Both the position numbers and the translations under genes were made by a program. A DNA stretch of 54,673 nucleotides from a virus. Lineage: Duplodnaviria > Caudoviricetes. The notes beneath the pieces were generated by a model. It saw nothing but the letters and a program-made list of their open reading frames with translations. It was not told where the DNA came from and searched no databases. Location: positions 1-54,673 of the IMG/VR virus record IMGVR_UViG_3300020160_003718. One strand, given 5' to 3'. Below are positions 1-7,902 of this stretch, piece by piece (position 1 is the first letter of the stretch; every line of letters begins with the position of its first letter).

Positions 1-370
1 CAAATGGCAACGTTTATTACCTCAGTGGTGTAGCAACAACTCTTCCGCAAAATGGAACGGGTTGGGATTCAAATGGCAACGTTTATTACCTCAGTGGTGT
101 AGCAACAACTCTTCCGCAAAATGGAACGGGTTGGGATTCAAATAGTAGCGTTTATTACGTCAGTGGTGTGGCAACAACTCTTCCGCAAAATGGAACGGGT
201 TGGGATTCAAATGGCAACGTTTATTACCTCCAGAACACTTCTGGCGATGTGTTCTTCGGTGGTGTAGCAACAACTCTTCCGCAAAATGGAACGGGTTGGG
301 ATTCAAATAGCAGCGTTTATTACCTCAGTGGTGGGGCAACAGATCTTCCACAAAGTGGAACGGGTTGGTG
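1..370 (+). repeat. Coding tandem repeat, 69-bp (23-aa) unit
   Basis: Units start at 1, 70, 139, 208 and 304. The fourth unit carries an in-frame 27-nt insertion. Degenerate copies continue to about 520. Confidence 0.95.
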
Positions 371-599
371 CGCTTTCTACGTCAACAACTCTTCCAGTGG
401 AACTGGTTGGAGTTACGATTTAAGCAATATTTATTACATCAGCGGTGTTGCAACACAACTTGATGAATATGGAAATGGAATCTATAATGGTCAAACCTAT
501 ATCAATGGCGTTGTCCAGGATGGCGGTGGGGGAAATTCTTCAGTCGTTGTTATTCAAGGAAATACTAAGTTCTACGGTAACGTAAAATTTAGCGTATAA
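3..599 (+). CDS. 3' part of a repeat-rich protein (putative virion fibre or decoration protein); begins upstream of the window
   Basis: Frame is open from position 3 and in frame with track ORF 168..599. It encodes repeats of NGNVYYLSGVATTLPQNGTGWDS, so the GTG at 168 is internal to a repeat. Confidence 0.75.
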   Translation, partial: NGNVYYLSGVATTLPQNGTGWDSNGNVYYLSGVATTLPQNGTGWDSNSSVYYVSGVATTLPQNGTGWDSNGNVYYLQNTSGDVFFGGVATTLPQNGTGWDSNSSVYYLSGGATDLPQSGTGWCAFYVNNSSSGTGWSYDLSNIYYISGVATQLDEYGNGIYNGQTYINGVVQDGGGGNSSVVVIQGNTKFYGNVKFSV

Positions 600-619
600 C
601 ATAAACAATTAAATTAAGA

Positions 620-653
620 CCCTGCATTGGTCCTAACCCAGTGCAGGGATTTT
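620..653 (+). terminator. Probable intrinsic terminator
   Basis: CCCTGCATTGG / CCAGTGCAGGG 11-bp stem (one G-U), 7-nt loop, then ATTTT, just after the stop at 599. Confidence 0.65.
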
Positions 654-672
654 AAAAAAAACTTAAAATATT

Positions 673-777
673 ATGGCCAAAGGAAATAACGCTCACAAAA
701 AGGAAGTTAAAAAACCTAAAAAAGAAGGCTCTAAGTCTTCTCAAAAAGGTTCCAATAAGGGTTCTGGTAAAAAATAA
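673..777 (+). CDS. 34-aa Lys-rich small protein (not in the ORF track)
   Basis: MAKGNNAHKKEVKKPKKEGSKSSQKGSNKGSGKK*, with an A-rich leader, tandem TAATAA stop and a terminator on each side. Confidence 0.7.
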   Translation: MAKGNNAHKKEVKKPKKEGSKSSQKGSNKGSGKK

Positions 778-806
778 TAAAAATCACTCTTAATTTTAAA
801 TTAAAG

Positions 807-843
807 TAGAGACGTATTTTACTATGCGTCTCTATTTTTTTTT
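807..843 (+). terminator. Intrinsic terminator
   Basis: TAGAGACGTA / TGCGTCTCTA stem followed by 9 T. Confidence 0.8.
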
Positions 844-892
844 AATAAATTCACTATTATTCAATTAGTTTTTTTTAATTTCAATTATTAAG

Positions 893-898
893 GTGTAT
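893..898 (+). promoter_or_regulatory. GTGTAW motif (putative phage late promoter)
   Basis: GTGTATAATAA in the gap before ORF 962. The same motif recurs before many structural genes. Confidence 0.5.
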
Positions 899-961
899 AA
901 TAATTGATAAACTACAGTTTTTTTGCAATGTCGAACTGGCGACCGGTGATTAAAAAGGATA

Positions 962-1363
962 ATGTCAGCTATATTTAGATCTAAATTATTTGAAAGCAAG
1001 TCGGGATATTTTTCCGATTCTATCGGCATTGGTACAAAGCAACCATTAGAAGCCTTACATATTTATAGTGGTAATTTAAATGTAGAAAATGGTTTTGGTT
1101 ATTTCGGAAGTGGAATACAGGTTGGGGAAGATGGTTCTGGCGCTAGCAATCTTTTTATTAATCAAGATAGGGTTGGCATAAATAATGAAAACCCCGTTTC
1201 TACGCTCGATGTTTCTGGGCAAATAACGTGTTCTGGAATAAATATGAAGAACACCAAAATAACTAATTTAAAGTGGCCTGCTTTTACTGGTGACGCTGTT
1301 CCTTTGGGATTTTTATTGCAGCTTAGTGGATATTTTCAAGCTCAGATTGACAGCCTCAGATAG
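962..1363 (+). CDS. Putative virion/fibre-type beta-repeat protein
   Basis: Two IGIGT..P...LHI.G / VGINN..P...LDVSG repeats typical of phage fibre shafts. Confidence 0.55.
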   Translation: MSAIFRSKLFESKSGYFSDSIGIGTKQPLEALHIYSGNLNVENGFGYFGSGIQVGEDGSGASNLFINQDRVGINNENPVSTLDVSGQITCSGINMKNTKITNLKWPAFTGDAVPLGFLLQLSGYFQAQIDSLR

Positions 1364-1426
1364 TTTTAGATTTAAGCAGGGGTAGTTTTATTATTGAAAT
1401 AAACAGGTTAACATGGTATAATTTAT

Positions 1427-1801
1427 ATGAGTAAAAATAAAAAATTACAAGAATTGAATCAGGTTGATGGCAAGGTGGCTGGGGGCTCATCTTTTAGAAC
1501 TCTTGACGCTTTAATTGGAGAGGATTCAGCCAGTCCATACAGGCAATCTTCAGAAGCCACATATGAAGAATATTTAAATCAATTAAATTCAACTGATTTG
1601 CACAGGCATGCGGAAAAAGTCGGCTTGGTTCCGAGTGTGGAAAGGCGAGTGTTAAAAGACAGACTATTGAGAGAGTTTAGAAAATTTTTAGCTTCAAGAT
1701 CTGTGGTTTCTTCTGATTTGACTTTTAATCATATGAATCAGAATTCGTCAGCGTCTAATTTGAGCACGGACGTCCAAAAAATATTGCGCGAAGGCGCATG
1801 A
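1427..1801 (+). CDS. Hypothetical protein
   Basis: 124-aa ORF co-oriented with its neighbours; no motif recognised. Confidence 0.7.
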   Translation: MSKNKKLQELNQVDGKVAGGSSFRTLDALIGEDSASPYRQSSEATYEEYLNQLNSTDLHRHAEKVGLVPSVERRVLKDRLLREFRKFLASRSVVSSDLTFNHMNQNSSASNLSTDVQKILREGA

Positions 1802-1838
1802 TTGTTATATAATATTATGTCGTAAAGGCTATTTATAG

Positions 1839-1844
1839 GTGTAA
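1839..1844 (+). promoter_or_regulatory. GTGTAA motif (putative late promoter, near-leaderless)
   Basis: GTGTAA, 8 nt, then the ATG at 1853; no SD sequence. Confidence 0.55.
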
Positions 1845-1852
1845 ATAGTTTT

Positions 1853-2404
1853 ATGAATTATTTTAATGATTTTATCAGATCTGTTCAGGAGGAAATAGGT
1901 GAAGAGGCTGGATATACCTACGAATATTTAGCCTATTGGTTTGTTGGAAATTATAATTTAGGCAGACTTAATACGCTTATTGATACTTGTTATTCTGGCT
2001 CTTATGTTACCGGTCAATATGGAGAAATGACAGGCTATACCATTACTCCAGAAATGGGTTCTGAGGAAACTGCAATTTATCAAAAAATATTTGAGTTGGA
2101 TTTTTATAGCAAGCAAGCGCGCAATACTTTAAAGAGCGCCGCTGGGTACAATGGCGGCGACTGGGTTTCTTTGCGAGAGGGAGATTCATCAATTACGAGA
2201 GCGAATAGAAATGAAGTTGCTAAAAATTATAAATCATTGGCTACTGAAACCAGATCTGAAATTGAAAAAATGGTGCAATCTTATCTTAAATTTAGAGCTA
2301 CTCCACAGCAAGTGGTTGGAGATGATACTGTTGAGGCATCTTACTACAGAGGTGTTACTTCTCTTTACGACGGCTATAGGGGAGATAGGGAAAGTTTATT
2401 ATAA
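1853..2404 (+). CDS. Putative head-tail adaptor/neck protein
   Basis: First of four tightly packed genes before the major tail gene. Helical, with a SLREGDSSITR segment resembling adaptor beta-hairpins. Mostly a positional call. Confidence 0.4.
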   Translation: MNYFNDFIRSVQEEIGEEAGYTYEYLAYWFVGNYNLGRLNTLIDTCYSGSYVTGQYGEMTGYTITPEMGSEETAIYQKIFELDFYSKQARNTLKSAAGYNGGDWVSLREGDSSITRANRNEVAKNYKSLATETRSEIEKMVQSYLKFRATPQQVVGDDTVEASYYRGVTSLYDGYRGDRESLL

Positions 2405-2410
2405 AAAATT

Positions 2411-2866
2411 ATGCAAAATTTTTTCACGCCTGAGCAAAAAGCTCAATATGAGGATGCGTTTGAATCTTTGCATGAATCCTTCGGTAGAGATGTGATTATA
2501 ATAAAAGAGTCAAAGCGCGTCATAGTTTCTACATCTGATTCTTCTTATAATTATTTTTATTCAGACGATAGTCAATCTTCAGTGCAGGAGACTATTATTC
2601 CTGTTTCTGGCGTTTTTAAAATGCGAGTGATGTGGCAGGATCCAAGTCGTGAGGCGTCTTCCTCTCAAGATGGCATGGACGCAGTTAGACCAAAAATTCA
2701 TGATAATTTATGTAGATTAAAAATGAGAAAAGATGCTTATGATTTCATAAATGGTTATAAGCAATTCATTGTTGATGAAAAAAAGTGTGACTGGGTTGGT
2801 TTTTCTAAGCCGCATGGAATAATTACTCCAAATTTTTATACCGTAATACTGAAAGAAGTAAATTGA
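2411..2866 (+). CDS. Putative head-closure (stopper) protein
   Basis: Size, beta-rich pattern and position in the canonical neck gene order. Confidence 0.35.
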   Translation: MQNFFTPEQKAQYEDAFESLHESFGRDVIIIKESKRVIVSTSDSSYNYFYSDDSQSSVQETIIPVSGVFKMRVMWQDPSREASSSQDGMDAVRPKIHDNLCRLKMRKDAYDFINGYKQFIVDEKKCDWVGFSKPHGIITPNFYTVILKEVN

Positions 2867-2869
2867 ACC

Positions 2870-3457
2870 ATGGCTGAGATTGATTATAAAAGATTAAATA
2901 TCAATATTGGGAAGTTCAAAGTTGTTAAAGATGCAGCTCTTGAGATTGCCGAAAGTAAGCTTAGCGACTCCAGAAAAGAATTCTTGCGGGAATTTTCGTC
3001 CCATCCTGTGACTGTTGAAATAGAAGCTGGAGAAAACGCTAGAAATTCGTCCGGAACACTTGGCGGTTATGGTAATCTTTTTTCTTTTATTGGTTTTCAA
3101 TCTGGCTCAAAGCCCGCCGAGGCTGTTAAATCATTAATAAATAAAATAAGGCTGATCAGGAAGTCCTATATCAAGCCCGAGGCAAATGGAACTTTGATTA
3201 AATTTAACGTCTTGTCTCCTAAAAAGTCTGATTTTGAAGATGCAACGCCTATTCCGTGGGCGGCTGGCAGAAGCTGGTTGACGGGAATAGAGAGGGGCAT
3301 TAGTGGCTTGGGGTATTTCATATCCAGAGTTGGCATTGGAAGATCTGAGGGCGGTCAGCAGTCCGATGATAAAATTAGACAATCTTCTTTTAAAAATGTT
3401 TCTTATTTTTCAAAAATGTATTCTGATTTCTTCAAGAAACTTGTAAGTAATAAATAA
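2870..3457 (+). CDS. Putative neck/tail-completion protein
   Basis: Basic 195-aa protein in the third neck position. Confidence 0.35.
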   Translation: MAEIDYKRLNINIGKFKVVKDAALEIAESKLSDSRKEFLREFSSHPVTVEIEAGENARNSSGTLGGYGNLFSFIGFQSGSKPAEAVKSLINKIRLIRKSYIKPEANGTLIKFNVLSPKKSDFEDATPIPWAAGRSWLTGIERGISGLGYFISRVGIGRSEGGQQSDDKIRQSSFKNVSYFSKMYSDFFKKLVSNK

Positions 3458-3462
3458 CTAAT

Positions 3463-4314
3463 ATGAAACCTTCCTTTATAAACGAATTATCTGCATCATT
3501 TTTAATGTTTGTTGATCATCAGGTTTGTTATAATGCCGAGGGATTTTCAAATGTTGTGAGTGGTAAGTTGTATCCATCCACCGATACTTCTTTTGGAAAT
3601 TCAACAATATATCAGTCCGAGTATAGGCAGTGGGTTTCTGACGTGAGTATTTCTGGAGTCAATGGAACTGTTGCCAATTCAATAAATTATGGAGCAACTG
3701 TAATCGACAAATTGCAGAGTGGTTTAAAAATAGACTACGGAATGGGTAGAGTTTTTTTGGATGATTCGTTTCCTAAAAATTTAACAAATTTGACAGCTTC
3801 ATTCTCTAGAAAAGAATTTAATGTATTCCTCACTTCTAAAGATGAAATGCAATTGGTGATGGGTGATCCAATTTCTTATACTCAAGCCGCAACTGGCATG
3901 AGTAAAAGCACTGAGCCATATCCATTGGTTTATATTAAAAATTTTTACAGCGAAAATAATCCTTTTGCATTTGGTGGAATGGATGAGTCGCAATATGAGT
4001 TTAGATGCACTGTGCTGTCGGACAATGCTTTCAAGCTTGATTCTATCAATTCTACATTGCAAGATTGCGCAAGAAAAGATTTTTCTGTGATACCTTCTTC
4101 TGGTATACCATTCAATGTGTTTGGAGATTTTAAAAATATAGCCGCGCCGTATAATTATTTTGATTTGTGTTCTCAGTTTTCAAACAGATCGGCCTATATA
4201 GACTCTGTTAAGATTTCAAAATTTGATGAAAAAATGAACAAGGTTATTAAGGATGGTGTTTGGGGCGGCTTTGTTGATTTTAAAGTAAAAACGCTCAGGC
4301 ACCCAAGAATTTGA
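3463..4314 (+). CDS. Putative tail terminator/completion protein
   Basis: Immediately upstream of the major tail gene; YPLVYI...FRCTVLSD pattern resembles tail-terminator folds. Confidence 0.4.
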   Translation: MKPSFINELSASFLMFVDHQVCYNAEGFSNVVSGKLYPSTDTSFGNSTIYQSEYRQWVSDVSISGVNGTVANSINYGATVIDKLQSGLKIDYGMGRVFLDDSFPKNLTNLTASFSRKEFNVFLTSKDEMQLVMGDPISYTQAATGMSKSTEPYPLVYIKNFYSENNPFAFGGMDESQYEFRCTVLSDNAFKLDSINSTLQDCARKDFSVIPSSGIPFNVFGDFKNIAAPYNYFDLCSQFSNRSAYIDSVKISKFDEKMNKVIKDGVWGGFVDFKVKTLRHPRI

Positions 4315-4398
4315 AATTAATATTCCCAACTTACGGTTTGGAATGTAATTTAGAATATATTTTCATTTAAAAACAATAAAATAAAATAAAATAAAATT

Positions 4399-5493
4399 AT
4401 GGCAAGAAATCGTATCATTTATCAAAGTTTAGCTCTTTATGCTGGACAAACTGGCGTCAGCGCAATGCATACCGGCGACGGCACAATAAAACAACTTACG
4501 CGAGTTCAAAGCTGGGACTCTGATTTTTCAAGAAATTTCACCGATATTAACCAGTATGGTCAACTTGCCGCTATCGATCGTATTGAGGTTGAAGCTCCTA
4601 CTGTGAACATGAGTGCTTCATGGTATCCAACAGACGGATCAAATGAAAAATATATTGGTCTTAGCGTGTGTGCTTCTGGCGCTGCGCCAACAGCATTATT
4701 ATCTGGTATTCTTAAGAAAGAAACAGATGAAAAGAATTATTTCTTGACAGTTGCGAACGAGGGAAGCGATGCTGTTAATTACAGCAATGTGAAAACTGGT
4801 GTTTTTGGCGTTGGTAATTGCTTTTTAACATCTTATTCTTTAGAAGCTTCAGTTGGAGATGTCCCGACGGCGAGTGCCGACTTCGAGGCTCTCAACTTTG
4901 CAGTTTATTCGCAAGCTACTGCAATAAGCCCAGTTCCGTCAATTAATGCAGCTAGTGGAACTAAGATTACAGGATCTTATTTTAAACTTCCAGTGGCTAC
5001 GCAAAATGACAACAGTAGCCAGGTTACGGTTCTTAGACCAGGTGACATTACTTTTGCTTTGACAAATAATCAAGTTAAAGGTTTCGATTCTAGCGATATA
5101 AAAATCCAAAGCTTTACTTTATCAACTGATTTGGGCAGAACTCCAATTGAAAAACTTGGAAGCCGTTTTCCGTTCAGTAGAGAAATTGATTTTCCTATTA
5201 CGGCTTCGCTTTCTGTCGAGGCTCAAATGGGGGATTTGAGTGATTTCAATTTGGCTGATCTTCTTTGCGAAACTGGGTTTTATGATATAGCAATTACTCT
5301 TAAGAAGAATGATTGTTCCGGCGCTGGTGCTCCGGCAATTTTGGCACAAATTAAGGGAGCTAAATTGTTGTCTGAAAATGTTTCTACTTCAATTGGCGAC
5401 AATGCATCTGTCACACTTGAATATGAAGCAAGTATCAGTGGTCCAGAAGACTTAACAAAGGGCGTGTTTATTTCTGGTAGCTATCCAGCGTAA
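4399..5493 (+). CDS. Major tail (tube) protein
   Basis: Beta-rich 364 aa with two tube-like halves (RVQSWDSDFSRNFTDINQYG; IQSFTLSTDLGRTPIEKLG). A-rich leader, strong terminator, located upstream of the chaperone-position genes and TMP. Confidence 0.7.
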   Translation: MARNRIIYQSLALYAGQTGVSAMHTGDGTIKQLTRVQSWDSDFSRNFTDINQYGQLAAIDRIEVEAPTVNMSASWYPTDGSNEKYIGLSVCASGAAPTALLSGILKKETDEKNYFLTVANEGSDAVNYSNVKTGVFGVGNCFLTSYSLEASVGDVPTASADFEALNFAVYSQATAISPVPSINAASGTKITGSYFKLPVATQNDNSSQVTVLRPGDITFALTNNQVKGFDSSDIKIQSFTLSTDLGRTPIEKLGSRFPFSREIDFPITASLSVEAQMGDLSDFNLADLLCETGFYDIAITLKKNDCSGAGAPAILAQIKGAKLLSENVSTSIGDNASVTLEYEASISGPEDLTKGVFISGSYPA

Positions 5494-5516
5494 ATAATAT
5501 ATTAAATTAATACAAG

Positions 5517-5547
5517 AAAAGAGCCGAGTAAAATCGGCTCTTTTTTT
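5517..5547 (+). terminator. Intrinsic terminator (potentially bidirectional)
   Basis: AAAA-GAGCCGA-gtaaaa-TCGGCTC-TTTTTTT. Confidence 0.9.
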
Positions 5548-5574
5548 ATTTATTGTTCTATTTTTTTTATATCG

Positions 5575-5580
5575 GTGTAA
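5575..5580 (+). promoter_or_regulatory. GTGTAA motif (putative late promoter)
   Basis: Directly after the terminator and before ORF 5642. Confidence 0.55.
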
Positions 5581-5641
5581 TAGTTTATAGGTAATTGTTG
5601 GTTAATGGTAATTTAATAGGTTTTAAAAGGTTATTGGTTTT

Positions 5642-5875
5642 ATGCAAAAATTTGAATTTTATTTTGATAAATTTCTTTCGCAAAAAGTTGAAAAAGAAGT
5701 GAAGTATGTTTTTATTTCTCATTTGTTATATATTGAGGAATTAATGAATAGGGGCGCTATATCTGAAGATGAATATAACTCAAAAAGAAAAGAAACTTTA
5801 GATAAGGGAAATGCGGCAATAAGAAATATTAATGAACAAATTGATTCGATTTTTTCGAATTTAGAATTAGTTTGA
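5642..5875 (+). CDS. Hypothetical protein
   Basis: 77-aa helical ORF. Confidence 0.65.
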   Translation: MQKFEFYFDKFLSQKVEKEVKYVFISHLLYIEELMNRGAISEDEYNSKRKETLDKGNAAIRNINEQIDSIFSNLELV

Positions 5876-5928
5876 CTATAATAAAATTGATTTAAAAATA
5901 AAACAATAAAAAGGTAAAAAGGAAAATT

Positions 5929-6759
5929 ATGACAAACAAGCAAGGCAAATATTTATATTCATTCAATTCAACTGACGCGCAGGGGAAGGATAGAAAATTC
6001 TGCATTCTTAAACCAACTAGAAAAATGAAGGAAGATGGCGAGCTTTATTATGCTTCAAAACTTTCTCAGTTTATTTCTTCTGGAATCCTCCCAAAAATTG
6101 TTTGGGATAAGATTTTTAAGGATAATGGCGGCATTATTTCAGAAACTGATAAAAAAGAATATTCGGATTTGTTCATTCAGCTTTCCGAGTTGAGAAACTC
6201 CATCAATTCTCTTTCTGTTAAATTAGAAAAAGATAGAACCGAGCAGGAGCAATTTAAGATAGAGGTATTGGAGGGTCAAGCTATCGAAGCTAGAAAAAGA
6301 ATGCAGGAACTTGAAATGTCTCAGATTAATGCATTTGAAAATACGGCAGAAGCAAAGGCCAGAAATCGCACAATTGTTTGGTGGGCTGCTACATTAGCCA
6401 CTGAAGAGCTAGAAGATGGGGTTAATAACTCAATTCTTGGTTCTGGATCCGTCGATGAAAAATTGGATAATTATGAACTAATTGTTGAAAATGATGAATT
6501 TTTAACAGATGTTTTTTCTAGAATTAACTACCTTGTCACTGTATGGTACCTTGGAAGCGCTTCATCTGCTGAAGATTTCAAGTCACTTGACGAGGAATAC
6601 GTAAACCGAATCAAGTCGGAGCAGGAAGCTCTTGCGGAACCTGAAAAATTAGAAGATAAAGTTGAAACTGTTGAGGATGTAAAGCTTGAAGCTGAAGCTC
6701 CTTCATCGGTTTTTGTCGATGAGATTCAAGTTGTTAATTTTACCGAAGCAAGTTTGTAA
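5929..6759 (+). CDS. Putative tail assembly chaperone
   Basis: Acidic coiled-coil protein between the tail tube gene and the TMP; positional call. Confidence 0.4.
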   Translation: MTNKQGKYLYSFNSTDAQGKDRKFCILKPTRKMKEDGELYYASKLSQFISSGILPKIVWDKIFKDNGGIISETDKKEYSDLFIQLSELRNSINSLSVKLEKDRTEQEQFKIEVLEGQAIEARKRMQELEMSQINAFENTAEAKARNRTIVWWAATLATEELEDGVNNSILGSGSVDEKLDNYELIVENDEFLTDVFSRINYLVTVWYLGSASSAEDFKSLDEEYVNRIKSEQEALAEPEKLEDKVETVEDVKLEAEAPSSVFVDEIQVVNFTEASL

Positions 6760-6788
6760 TTAATTTAGCGCTACTTGCGCTATAAATT

Positions 6789-7838
6789 ATGGAATTTGAT
6801 GAAATACAACGACTCTATTCCAAAATATGCGCTGGATATGAGAAACTTATTATAGACAATAAGGAATGTTATTTTAAACATCACCTTTATCTTGATAGGG
6901 TCAAATTAAAAGATAAATACAATCTTGGCATATCTGTCGCAAGAGATAACGGCATCAAAACAGAAAAAGAGTATCTAGAGTTTTATATTGACAAGGGGTG
7001 GTGGTCTAAGTCAAAAGAGGATGAAATTAGAACCCTGTCGTCCTTTGTTGAAAGTTTAAAGAAAAGCAAGGAAAAACTTATTCTGCCATCTCAAAAAGAG
7101 CAGATTGCCAGAACAATTATAGAAGAGCAAGAGAAGCTTAATTCTGTTTTGGCAGAAAGAAGAACCATTATACCAATGACAGCTGAGGAATATGCAGATA
7201 AATATTATAATAAGTTTTATTTATATTGCTCTTTGTTTGAAGATCGGGACTTTTTAAATCCATTTGTTGAAAATCCAGATTATTTTCTTGAGATAGATGA
7301 AGATTTATATAATGATATTTGGAATAAGGTGTTGGGCGTTATTTCTTTTTTAAAATTAGAAAATATAAAATATCTCGCAGCTACTGGTTTTTTTCAAAAT
7401 TTGTTGATGTTGTGCGGCAAGGAAATGTCCGCTTTTGATTTTTATGGAAAGCCTGTTGTTTCTTTAACTGTTAATCAATCAGATTTATTTTCATACGCAT
7501 CCAATTACAGAAGATCTATTAATAATGCCACTGAGCAAATTCCAGATTATATACTGAGCAACCCAGAGAGTTTAATAGAGTGGTGCGAGGGCGGAAGCGG
7601 ATCAACCGCAAGAGCAAAGCAAATTTTAGATAGAACGCCAAATAAAAATAAAACCAAGGGTGAGAGGAGCGGTAGAATAAGTTCTATTGTTGGGGCAAGT
7701 GCCTCGGATTATAAAAAATTAGGAATTGGCGGTGTTGCAACCGAGGGTTCGGATTTACTTTCAGATGCTAAAAATTCTGGTGGAGAAATGGATATAAATC
7801 AAGTTGTTAGAAAAACAGATAATCTTAAAATAAAATAG
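6789..7838 (+). CDS. Putative tail assembly chaperone (pre-TMP)
   Basis: Helical 349 aa directly upstream of the TMP; positional call. Confidence 0.4.
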   Translation: MEFDEIQRLYSKICAGYEKLIIDNKECYFKHHLYLDRVKLKDKYNLGISVARDNGIKTEKEYLEFYIDKGWWSKSKEDEIRTLSSFVESLKKSKEKLILPSQKEQIARTIIEEQEKLNSVLAERRTIIPMTAEEYADKYYNKFYLYCSLFEDRDFLNPFVENPDYFLEIDEDLYNDIWNKVLGVISFLKLENIKYLAATGFFQNLLMLCGKEMSAFDFYGKPVVSLTVNQSDLFSYASNYRRSINNATEQIPDYILSNPESLIEWCEGGSGSTARAKQILDRTPNKNKTKGERSGRISSIVGASASDYKKLGIGGVATEGSDLLSDAKNSGGEMDINQVVRKTDNLKIK

Positions 7839-7857
7839 AGAATGAATATATGATTAT

Positions 7858-7863
7858 GTGTAA
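7858..7863 (+). promoter_or_regulatory. GTGTAA motif (putative late promoter) for the TMP gene
   Basis: In the 64-nt gap before the ATG at 7903. Confidence 0.55.
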
Positions 7864-7902
7864 AATTATTAATACAAGGTAACTTTTCGGAATTAAAAGG
7901 AT

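Noticed and set aside
1-370. CRISPR array or DGR template/variable repeat
   Set aside because: Units are contiguous, 69 bp, in frame and without unique spacers. Differences are not adenine-specific, and no reverse transcriptase or cas operon is in the window.
4374-4398. (AATAA)n repeat before the major tail gene as a mobile or phase-variable element
   Set aside because: More simply an A-rich translational enhancer for a highly expressed SD-less gene.
6700-6790. Programmed -1 frameshift fusing the two pre-TMP ORFs (lambda G/GT style)
   Set aside because: No clear slippery heptamer, and a TAA at 6783-6785 is in frame with the downstream ORF. Only a small GCGC hairpin lies in the gap.
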